From NCBI GenBank assembly GCA_043767805.1, contig JAYUGC010000135.1, forward strand, positions 1 to 10,926: a DNA stretch of 10,926 bases. The letters are read 5' to 3'. The position numbers were made by a program, and so were the translations under genes. The stretch is from Pseudomonadota bacterium (GTDB lineage Bacteria; Bdellovibrionota; FAC87; UBA2466). Position 1 is the first letter of the stretch. The number at the start of each line of letters is the position of its first letter. Shown here piece by piece: positions 1 to 6,934 of this stretch. The notes under the pieces were generated by a model. That model was not told the origin of the DNA. It searched no databases and saw only the letters and a list, made by a program, of their open reading frames with translations.

Positions 1-81
1 GGCTATCGTGAATTACTGACAATGGAGGTCGGCGTGCGACTCTACACCGCTCGACTCCCCGCCCTAAGTGACGAAAGATGA
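1..81 (+). CDS. Possible 3' end of a gene entering from the left edge (…GYRELLTMEVGVRLYTARLPALSDER*), product unknown
   Basis: Frame 1 is open from base 1 to TGA at 79-81 and converges on the yceI-like stop at 123. Too short to identify. Confidence 0.35.
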   Translation, partial: GYRELLTMEVGVRLYTARLPALSDER

Positions 82-122
82 GCCCCGGGGAACGCCCTAG
101 ATCCGGAATGCGGCCTCCGCTT

Positions 123-845
123 TTACGGATTCATTTTCGGAGTAGGAGTAGGGCTAGGACTTGGAACAGGAGCAGTGGAAGGGTCTTTGGGTTTAGTTCC
201 TTCGGGCGGCAAGACGGCGACCGCCCCGGCCGGTGATTGATCCGAGCCGATGGCGTCGAGGTTCACCTCGGTCTTCGGCGCGAAACGCAGATGCCAGTTA
301 TCCGGAATCTCGATCTGATACCGCGCGAGGTCGAGCGTTACCGTTGCTTGCACGCGGAGTAAATTGCCGCTCAAGCGCTGCCGGGTTTTCTCGCTCTCGG
401 TCATGTAAGTGATTTTCAAAGGAAGCCGCTCGGCGACTGTCATCCCCCGAAAAGAAAGATCGCCTTCCACGTCCACCGAAACCGGCTGAAGGGAAAGCAG
501 GCCCTTCTTCGGTGTGCGCACCAGACGCTTGATGGTGAACTTTGCCGTGGGGTTCTCGTTGGCGAGAAAAATCTTTTCTCGGAGCTGCTGATTTCGGCCA
601 GGGATACCGGTCTCGAAGGTACGCATGTCCATCTCGAGCTCGCCCTTTACGCCCTTCCCCACATTCTCGGGGTCGAGCTCCACCCAGCCCCAGAGCGCCG
701 TGGAAAGGCCAACGATGCGCTCCAGCATACCGTCCGAGACGAAGTGCACGACGTTTCGCTGCAGGCCATCGCGCATGTCAAAGCGCGCGGATTTGGCGAA
801 AGCGAAATGACTGAGAAAGAAGAGAAGCAGTAGCGAGCGGAACAT
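123..845 (-). CDS. yceI: YceI-family (polyisoprenoid/lipid-binding) periplasmic protein with a Pro-rich C-terminal tail
   Basis: Sec signal peptide (MFRSLLLLFFLSHFAFA). YceI-like motifs 'GELEMDMRTFETGIPGRNQQLREKIFLANENPTAKF' (cf. 'sidTgn..RD.hL....ff....P...F') and 'VEGDLSFRGMT'. Tail PVPSPSPTPTPK. Confidence 0.8.
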   Translation of the reverse strand: MFRSLLLLFFLSHFAFAKSARFDMRDGLQRNVVHFVSDGMLERIVGLSTALWGWVELDPENVGKGVKGELEMDMRTFETGIPGRNQQLREKIFLANENPTAKFTIKRLVRTPKKGLLSLQPVSVDVEGDLSFRGMTVAERLPLKITYMTESEKTRQRLSGNLLRVQATVTLDLARYQIEIPDNWHLRFAPKTEVNLDAIGSDQSPAGAVAVLPPEGTKPKDPSTAPVPSPSPTPTPKMNP

Positions 846-890
846 GAAGTGCTCTGACTCAAGCTAATTTTGGGGAAAGTGCGCGAGCAC

Positions 891-1910
891 TCAATTCGTC
901 GAATTCCAATTGATTTTATAGACAGTGAGGTGGGTATTGTCACTGTTTATGTAGACGTAATCATTGGTCGCGGCCATCACGAGAGGCGCGTCCGTATTGA
1001 GTAAGGCGACCGCGTCGCCTTGCTTGTTGAAGACGTAAATGCCACGGGCATACGCGACGCCCGCCGGGTTCGCGCTGCCCGGATTGTGGTAAACGAAAAG
1101 ATAATCCGGCGAGGAAGCGACCGCTTCCGCCTGCAGCGCCTTGATCTCCGTGCCCGCTTCGAGCCGGCCGTTCGGAAGCATGTCGAACCAAACGAGAGAG
1201 CCTTTGAAGGCCACGAAAACTTTGTTCTGCCAAACCGTCGCGCCGCGCACGCAGCACTTGGTCGAGCCGACATCCGCGTAAGAGTCCTTGCCCACCAAGG
1301 AGAGCTGCGGCCCGCCGGTCAGCTTCAAGGTGTAAACGTAATCCTGCTCGCGGAAACCGTAGACGATGGGCATCGTGGGATGCACCGCCATGCCGCGATA
1401 GATATAGGCTTCGTCCTGAACGACCGACTCCGAAGCCGGGTTCTCGTTCTCACGCGGGTAACGGCGCACTTCGACCGGTGCCGCCGTTTCGCCCACGTTA
1501 AAGAGAGAGGTGCCGGCCACGCCGCTGGTGAAAACGTATTGGCCGAGAATGGAAAGGGCGCCGGAGGCATACCAATCGAAAACCCATTTACCGAAAGGGA
1601 AAGTGGTGTCGATGGTGTCCGAAACCGCGAAAGTCTTTTGGGGGAGCTCGGCGTTCGCGCCGATATCCGCGCGCATCATGCCGAAAGGACGGCCGGTCAT
1701 GAACAAGGAATTACCCTTGATGGCGATCTGGGAGACTTCAATGTCCTTGCCGTTGAATCGGATTTCCTGCACCGCGGAAACGTTGGTGCGAGACGCGGGT
1801 GTCAGAGTATTCATCCGGACCGCATCGGCCTTGGGAATGCGCCCGTCCGTGCAAGCGGAGAGCGAGGCCATGAGGAGCAAGCCAATCAGTTGTGTAATCT
1901 TCGCTGCCAT
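891..1910 (-). CDS. Lipoprotein with predicted beta-propeller (LVIVD/YncE-like blades), 339 aa
   Basis: Start re-called at ATG 1910 (MAAKITQLIGLLLMASLSA-C), which has a lipobox LSAC; the longer 1955 start overlaps the sigma54 motif. Repeated blade-like units: IAIKGNSLFMT, LSILGQYVFTS, MAVHPTMPIVYG, ATVWQNKVFVA, VASSPDYLFVY, MAATNDYVYIN. Confidence 0.7.
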   Translation of the reverse strand: MAAKITQLIGLLLMASLSACTDGRIPKADAVRMNTLTPASRTNVSAVQEIRFNGKDIEVSQIAIKGNSLFMTGRPFGMMRADIGANAELPQKTFAVSDTIDTTFPFGKWVFDWYASGALSILGQYVFTSGVAGTSLFNVGETAAPVEVRRYPRENENPASESVVQDEAYIYRGMAVHPTMPIVYGFREQDYVYTLKLTGGPQLSLVGKDSYADVGSTKCCVRGATVWQNKVFVAFKGSLVWFDMLPNGRLEAGTEIKALQAEAVASSPDYLFVYHNPGSANPAGVAYARGIYVFNKQGDAVALLNTDAPLVMAATNDYVYINSDNTHLTVYKINWNSTN

Positions 1911-1937
1911 ACTTGTGTTGACTCCGAACTTAAGACA

Positions 1938-1954
1938 TTGCAAACGGCGCACCA
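1938..1954 (-). promoter_or_regulatory. Sigma54 (RpoN) -24/-12 promoter for the lipoprotein-yceI pair
   Basis: Minus strand reads TGGTGCGCCGTTTGCAA, with exact GG-N10-GC spacing and a TTGCA -12 element, 28 bp upstream of ATG 1910. Confidence 0.7.
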
Positions 1955-2061
1955 CCTTACCGCGCTTGAATCCCTTGGCTTTTCCCGTATTCCCGTGCGG
2001 GGAAAGTGTGAACTTAAAAGTGACCTGAAAAGTCCGTATACAAGCCGTAGAGTGGCGCTAC

Positions 2062-2078
2062 TGTCGAACTTATGGACA
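2062..2078. promoter_or_regulatory. Candidate enhancer (bEBP-binding) dyad TGTC-N9-GACA
   Basis: TGTCGAACTTATGGACA lies about 110-125 bp upstream of the -24 element at 1952-1953, a distance typical of sigma54 enhancers. It resembles TGT-Nx-ACA bEBP sites. Confidence 0.35.
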
Positions 2079-2165
2079 CCCCAAAATCGCCCGTTTGAGG
2101 CTAAACCGTCGTCGGCATGCGCTTGCATAAGTGACTCCTCGGTTTGGTCCGCTACTCAAGCGGAC

Positions 2166-2813
2166 ATGCTTTCGGAGGTTCTAGTGAAACAGGGAATGCG
2201 GCTTTTTGCGAAACCGGGCACTTTCATGAATCAGCTTCAGTGGTCCTCGAACCACTGGATGATTCTCGCGGCGTTTTTGACGCTATCGACGGTAGAGACC
2301 CTCCTGGGTAGCTCCCGCGGCTTCTACCTCGAAGTCGTGCGGGCCCTCCAGGCGCAGCTCGGGCTCTCCGAGAACCTCGCTTACGGCTCCATCATCGCCG
2401 TGAAGCTCGCCCTCATGATTGGTGGCGCTTACCTGCTCAGCCTCGGCGTCTGGTTCGCCGGCAGCCTCTTCGGCAAGCGCACCAGCCAACGGGTGCTCTT
2501 CCGTCGGCTCGCCATCGTATTCACCTTCTTTTTGACGGGCTACCTGCTCCAGGCCGCGTTCACCTCGAACGAAGGGCTCTTCCTGGTGGGCTACCTGTTT
2601 TATCTCTGGGGCCTCGTGCTCGGTTACTTCTCGATTCGCGAGCACTTCGTGCTCAATACGGTCGAGAGCATGGCGGTGGGCCTTTTCGCCCTCCTCCTCA
2701 TCACGAGCAGCTGGCATTACTCGTCTCATTTTTTCGACGGGTTCGTTAAGACGGCTTGGTCCGAAATGGCGAAAGCACCGACAGCGTCTAAGCACACGAA
2801 CGAAGTTCGTTAA
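2166..2813 (+). CDS. Yip1-like five-TM inner-membrane protein, about 215 aa
   Basis: C-terminal part of the 1020-2813 ORF, with start re-called at ATG 2166 (MLSEVLVKQGMRLFAKPGTF). The 'l..P..f' opening is followed by five hydrophobic segments (WMILAAFLTL…, AYGSIIAV…WFAGSLFG, LAIVFTFFLTGYLL, LFLVGYLFYLWGLVLGYF, AVGLFALLLI). Confidence 0.7.
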   Translation: MLSEVLVKQGMRLFAKPGTFMNQLQWSSNHWMILAAFLTLSTVETLLGSSRGFYLEVVRALQAQLGLSENLAYGSIIAVKLALMIGGAYLLSLGVWFAGSLFGKRTSQRVLFRRLAIVFTFFLTGYLLQAAFTSNEGLFLVGYLFYLWGLVLGYFSIREHFVLNTVESMAVGLFALLLITSSWHYSSHFFDGFVKTAWSEMAKAPTASKHTNEVR

Positions 2814-2839
2814 GCTTTCGGTTAGCGGAGTTAAGACTT

Positions 2840-2893
2840 GCGAGGGGTTCTCTCGAGCCGTTCCCTTGGGACGGCTGGAGCGAGCCCCTTCGC
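2840..2893. terminator. Long imperfect hairpin between convergent genes (probable bidirectional terminator or RNA-stabilising stem)
   Basis: GCGAGGGGTTCTCTCGAGCCGTTCC-CTTG-GGACGGCTGGAGCGAGCCCCTTCGC pairs over about 24 bp with bulges and is followed by GTTTT on +. It sits between the stops at 2813 (+) and 2897 (-). Confidence 0.6.
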
Positions 2894-2896
2894 GTT

Positions 2897-4072
2897 TTAG
2901 CGCTTTACCGTCGAGAGAGGCGAAGCCGCCTGAGCGAGACGCGCCGGGCGCTTGCCGCGCCAGCGGCCGAAATCGTGATAGCTCTTTCTCGCCACCTGGA
3001 AAATCGTCTGCTTGGGGCGAAGCCGCTTGATACCCAAATCGTATAGCGCCATGTCGGAAGCAGCCAGCGCCGTCTTGCCGCTATTGGTCTTCATCAGATG
3101 GGCGAGGTATTTCTCGACGAGATCCTTCTCGTTGAGGCCTAAAAGTTTATCCGCGCCCGTCTGACGAGCGGTGGCCAGCGCGCGCGCCGCCATCGCCTGA
3201 GCCTGCGCGTACACCTCGGCGGGAGATTGGCCCGCCTCCGCGTTTTGATTCGGCGCGCCCTGGGAAGTTAGCCCTCGGTCGCTACCCGAGCCACTGCCCC
3301 CGGCGCCGGCCGCGGTCGAAGCCGAGTCGTTGTAAGTCACATGGGGAAGCTCTTCGTGGCCGTTTGCCGACGAGGCCGCGAATTGCTCGGCGGAGAACTT
3401 GCTGGTATCGACGCCCGCCGCTCCCATGACCGCTTCCGGAGTAGCGAGCTGGCCGTTCACGAGCTGATTTACGAAATTGTCGCTATTGATGCCCGCTTCG
3501 CCCAAAGCCTTTTGCAGCTCCGGCGAGTTGACGGCTTCCGCCGCCGCCTTTTTTACGTCCTCGGGAGTCTGACCCTCGAGCTGATTGCCTGTGGGACCGT
3601 CGCTGTTTTTGCTGACGGCGTCGCCTGCTTTCTTGTTTTGCTGATTCACGCCCGCGGTCGCCGCCGCCTGAGCGAACTCGAGGCCGGCTTTGGCGAGTAG
3701 CGCCGCGCCTCTGAGCTGAGTCGGAAGAAAGGGGCTCATGAGCATGGGCGTACCTGCCGCGGTCAAAGAGATGCCGGCCGCCAAGGCCGCGCCGACACCC
3801 GCCTGCCCCTTCGGGATGGCGTCGTCTTCGATCTTCTCACGCCGGCCGCGTTGATCGTTTTTTTTCGAGTTGTCTTGAATCGAATTTACGTCGCCGACCG
3901 ACTGTTTCACGAGGGGGTCGTTGGCTCCCCCGTCAGAGGGTCCGTCGTTACGGATGACGTTCTCGCCGTCAAACGGGTTACCTTCGCCCCCTTCAGCGCG
4001 AGCGGCGCCTGGCGCCACCGCGAGGCTCGCCAGTATCGTGAGGACTAGAAGGAGTCTCAGTTGCGTGTTCAT
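2897..4072 (-). CDS. Secreted hypothetical protein (391 aa) with a hydrophobic helical hairpin and C-terminal TIFQVARKSY motif
   Basis: Signal peptide MNTQLRLLLVLTILASLAVAPGAARA; SD-like AGGTAGG upstream; Ala/Gly-rich hydrophobic stretch GVGAALAAGISLTAAG…GAALLAKAGLEFAQAAATAG; GS linker; basic C-terminus. Confidence 0.8.
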   Translation of the reverse strand: MNTQLRLLLVLTILASLAVAPGAARAEGGEGNPFDGENVIRNDGPSDGGANDPLVKQSVGDVNSIQDNSKKNDQRGRREKIEDDAIPKGQAGVGAALAAGISLTAAGTPMLMSPFLPTQLRGAALLAKAGLEFAQAAATAGVNQQNKKAGDAVSKNSDGPTGNQLEGQTPEDVKKAAAEAVNSPELQKALGEAGINSDNFVNQLVNGQLATPEAVMGAAGVDTSKFSAEQFAASSANGHEELPHVTYNDSASTAAGAGGSGSGSDRGLTSQGAPNQNAEAGQSPAEVYAQAQAMAARALATARQTGADKLLGLNEKDLVEKYLAHLMKTNSGKTALAASDMALYDLGIKRLRPKQTIFQVARKSYHDFGRWRGKRPARLAQAASPLSTVKR

Positions 4073-4140
4073 AGTTGCCTACCTAGTTGCGAGAGGCCCT
4101 TTAGGCGCCCCTTCGAATCAAAATGCTTAAAAACCAGCGC

Positions 4141-5775
4141 TCAGAGAGTGGGGATCATCCCACTCGCCTTTGCCTTCTCGTATAAACTTCCGAGCTGACG
4201 AGCCGGGGCCTTACCCGAGGAGCTCGCTTTTATCGCTCTCGTCGTGCAGATTCCGACGGAAACGCCAACGTTCGACTTACAAAGTTTCTTGAGCGGGCTC
4301 GCCGAGAAAACGCCGAAGCTCTCTTGCGAGGCGCTTTCGTCCCGGCTCGGCGTGAGGCCAAGCGAGGCCAGGGTCGGTCCCGGTTTGACTATAGCGTAGC
4401 TCGAGTCCGAGCCATCGGAGCCGCTCGCGTACGATTCTTCGTTCGTACCGCCCGAGGAGACCCAGTCTTTATCGCCCGTGCGTTGATAAAAGAATCGGCC
4501 GCGCTCTTCGCCGGCGGGTTGCTGGGTCACGCCGAGACCCGCGCCCACGTCTCCGTCTCCACTCGAAAGCGGAGAGGCCGAGGCGCCGTTAATCTGAATG
4601 CCCGCACCGCCACCGCTGTTATCGGCAAGTGACGACGAGGAAGGCGCGATTCCGGAAGCCGCGGAGCCACTGCCCGCGAGCTGAGGCCGCGTCTGGCCGA
4701 GGCCTTGTGAAGGATCGACGACGTCGCTCACCGGAGGCGGCTCGGTCGCCGCGGTCTTGCTCGCGCCGGTCGGAATCGTCGCCGGTTTCTCGGCTTCCTT
4801 CTTCTTCTCGATCTTAAATTCTTCTTCCTTGGCCGGCGTCGCGGCTTTGGACTCGGACGACTTCGGCGACTCGAGCTTCAAAGCGGACAGCTCTTTTTTC
4901 GCGGGCTTTTCCTTCGAAGCGGTGTCCTTCGGCGTATTGCCGCCTTTGTCGTCTCCGCCGCCACTGGGTGATCCGCCGCCGCCCGAGCCACTTCCCGAGC
5001 CCGAACCGGAATCCGTGGGGGTTTCATTTCCCGCGTTCTGCTGGCCGAGATCGGTCGGAAGATTGCCGAGGGCGTTCTTCGCTTTATCTAAATCATTTTT
5101 GGCAAGGTTCGAGGCCTTAAAGAGATCGTCGAGCTGCTTGTTCAAATCGTCAGTGAACTTTTTGATGTCGCTCTTCTGAGCTTCCTTGTCCTTCTTGTCT
5201 TGCTCGGTCTTGGCGGCGAGCGCCTTGTCGATGGCCTCGCGGACCTTCTCGTTCTCGGTCTTGCCGTCGTTCTTGCCCGTATCGCCGTCCTTCTTATCGT
5301 CGCCAAAGCGATCGGCCAAAAGCTGCGCCACCACGCGGTTTAAGTCCGCGTCGGCGGTCTCGCCGAGCTCAGGGAACACTTCTTTAAAGGTATCCTTGAG
5401 GTCCTTGGAAAAATCTTCGTTGAGATCGGGGAGCTTATCGACGATACCGCCCAAAATGTCGGGATCGACTTTCTGAAATTGCGCGATCTGCCCCGTGAAT
5501 TGGCGCAGCGTCGTGTTCGAGGTTTTTTGTAGTACTTCCTTCATGCGTTTCAAAGCTGCCGTTCTTTTGTTCTTCGCGTCCACTTCCGGCTTCGACTTCG
5601 GTTTTTCCGTAGTCTCGCTGGCCGTGGACGTGGAACCCGTTGTCGTATCCGATCCTGCGTGGTCCTTCTTAACGGACGGCTCCGCAAAACCTGTCGACGA
5701 GATCCACACTAGGGATCCCGCCATCAAATAACCAAAAACACTAGAGGACTTAAGTAATTTCAACACTTTAGCCAC
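4141..5775 (-). CDS. Secreted low-complexity hypothetical protein (544 aa): charged helical N-domain, GS/PEK-rich disordered linker, small Cys-containing C-domain
   Basis: GTG start; signal-like SSVFGYLMAGSLVWISSTGFA|EP; K/D/E-rich heptad-like region; SGSGSGSGSGGGG linker; C-terminal LCKSNVGVSVGIC and SLYEKAKAS. Confidence 0.8.
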   Translation of the reverse strand: MAKVLKLLKSSSVFGYLMAGSLVWISSTGFAEPSVKKDHAGSDTTTGSTSTASETTEKPKSKPEVDAKNKRTAALKRMKEVLQKTSNTTLRQFTGQIAQFQKVDPDILGGIVDKLPDLNEDFSKDLKDTFKEVFPELGETADADLNRVVAQLLADRFGDDKKDGDTGKNDGKTENEKVREAIDKALAAKTEQDKKDKEAQKSDIKKFTDDLNKQLDDLFKASNLAKNDLDKAKNALGNLPTDLGQQNAGNETPTDSGSGSGSGSGGGGSPSGGGDDKGGNTPKDTASKEKPAKKELSALKLESPKSSESKAATPAKEEEFKIEKKKEAEKPATIPTGASKTAATEPPPVSDVVDPSQGLGQTRPQLAGSGSAASGIAPSSSSLADNSGGGAGIQINGASASPLSSGDGDVGAGLGVTQQPAGEERGRFFYQRTGDKDWVSSGGTNEESYASGSDGSDSSYAIVKPGPTLASLGLTPSRDESASQESFGVFSASPLKKLCKSNVGVSVGICTTRAIKASSSGKAPARQLGSLYEKAKASGMIPTL

Positions 5776-5827
5776 CTCGGCACGTTCCGCTTTTCCACTT
5801 CCGCTAATTCAGCTACGAGATAAGAAA

Positions 5828-5845
5828 TTGCAAAGGCGGGGCCGA
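5828..5845 (-). promoter_or_regulatory. Sigma54 (RpoN) -24/-12 promoter for the 544 aa and 391 aa genes
   Basis: Minus strand reads TCGGCCCCGCCTTTGCAA, with GG-N10-GC spacing and a TTGCA -12 element, 53 bp upstream of GTG 5775. The -24 element deviates from TGGCAC. Confidence 0.55.
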
Positions 5846-6023
5846 AAGCCTCAGGCAGGGGAGCACCACGCGTGCACGGTGCCCATTCTGGGTGTGCGGG
5901 GGTGTCGGCCATTAAGCGAGTGAAAAACGTTAATGATTAGAGCGACTCCACGGTCTTCACCTTGGGAACGGCTGAAAGTTCGCCACCGTAACAAGAAGTA
6001 GACGGGTGTCAGGGGTCAAAAAA

Positions 6024-6782
6024 CTACGCTTGAGAGCCGAGCGACAGCGTGCGCGCCGCCGTCATCTGCGTCATCTCCACCTTACGGCTAGTGGAGTAGA
6101 GATACTCGCTAATCACGCGGAGCAGCTGCTGCTTCAGGTTGTACTCGATCGAGCCCGTGGGCCGGAAATTCGTGACGATGTCCCTGCACTCGCCAAGCTT
6201 CGCGTAGATTTCCTTGTCATTCAGGGGGATGAGGGGAAGCTCGTGATCCAGAGAGTGCAGCTCGATGTACTCGCGGCGCAGAATTTTGCCCGCGATCAAG
6301 GCGCTCTTACTGTGGGCCATGCGCACAATGAACTGCGCTTCGGTATCGAGAGGATCGAGGTACGTGAAAAGGATACCGCCCTCGGGCTCGAACCAGAGCT
6401 CGCTCTCGTTCAGGCCGTGAAAATGGCGAATCTTGTCCGTCGACCAATCCTCGAGCAAAGACTCTCCGACTTTTTTCGGAGAGAGAAACGATCGCATGTG
6501 CGCGCGAGCACTCGGCAAGATGGATTCCACCGTGAGCCGCAGGAAATCCTGGCCTTTTGCGTGAAGGCGCGCGGTCGCTTTGAAGAGCGAGCGATCCAGA
6601 TGAAAATCGAGGGGGAGCAAATCTCCCTCGGGCACGTCGGCCCAACCCGCGTCACCGGTGCCGAGCACCAAGCGCACGAACGAAACATCCAGCACCGGCG
6701 CTTTCCAGTCGCCGAACGAAACGTAACAATCTCTGAGGGCGATCGGATTCACCAATTCCTTGCGGTCGCTTAAGCTTGCCAT
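6024..6782 (-). CDS. Hypothetical cytoplasmic protein with a degenerate N-terminal PilZ-like beta-barrel, about 252 aa
   Basis: Start re-called at ATG 6782 with GAAGG upstream. 'APVLDVSFVRLVL…LPLDFHL…FKATARLHAKGQDFLRLTVESI…ARAHMRSFL' follows the PilZ strand pattern, but the DxSxxG Gly is missing and RxxxR is incomplete. Confidence 0.55.
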   Translation of the reverse strand: MASLSDRKELVNPIALRDCYVSFGDWKAPVLDVSFVRLVLGTGDAGWADVPEGDLLPLDFHLDRSLFKATARLHAKGQDFLRLTVESILPSARAHMRSFLSPKKVGESLLEDWSTDKIRHFHGLNESELWFEPEGGILFTYLDPLDTEAQFIVRMAHSKSALIAGKILRREYIELHSLDHELPLIPLNDKEIYAKLGECRDIVTNFRPTGSIEYNLKQQLLRVISEYLYSTSRKVEMTQMTAARTLSLGSQA

Positions 6783-6848
6783 GATGCCTTCGAGAATAGG
6801 AAGCACTCCGCGCCTTTTCAAGCTGTTTCTCGGGACACGGCCGTGAGC

Positions 6849-6877
6849 TTTACCCGCCCCACTATGTGCGCTATTTT
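6849..6877 (+). promoter_or_regulatory. Possible sigma70-type promoter for the thiolase-lptD-rsmI operon
   Basis: TTTACC (6849-6854), 17 bp spacer, TATTTT (6872-6877), about 57 bp upstream of ATG 6935. Flanked by the palindrome CACGGCCGTG (6836-6845) and TTCAT-N6-ATGAA (6876-6891). Confidence 0.35.
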
Positions 6878-6934
6878 CATGGCCCTATGAAGGATGAATC
6901 GCGGCCCCAACGCACCTTCGAGCGAGGAAATGCC

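Noticed and set aside
110..124. GCGG-CCT-CCGC-TTTT mini-hairpin as a terminator
   Set aside because: A 4-bp stem with a 3-nt loop is too weak to call.
1020..2165. N-terminal 382 codons of the 597 aa + strand ORF
   Set aside because: Antisense shadow of the lipoprotein gene plus intergenic DNA, Arg-rich and without protein-like features. Only the part from ATG 2166 looks real.
4072..4090. TAGTTGC direct repeat upstream of the 391 aa gene
   Set aside because: Only 7 bp twice, flanking the ribosome-binding site, with no promoter motif nearby.
4972..5012. Short imperfect tandem repeats (CCGCCG, CCCGAG) here and at about 138-180
   Set aside because: They encode Gly/Ser and Pro/Thr linkers. There is no repeat-spacer structure, so they are not CRISPR or VNTR elements.
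5863..5882. GCACC-N10-GGTGC with nested palindromes, as an NtrC-type site
   Set aside because: The spacing does not match the NtrC GCAC-N7-GTGC pattern and it lies only about 20-40 bp from the -24 element. GC-rich short palindromes are expected by chance.
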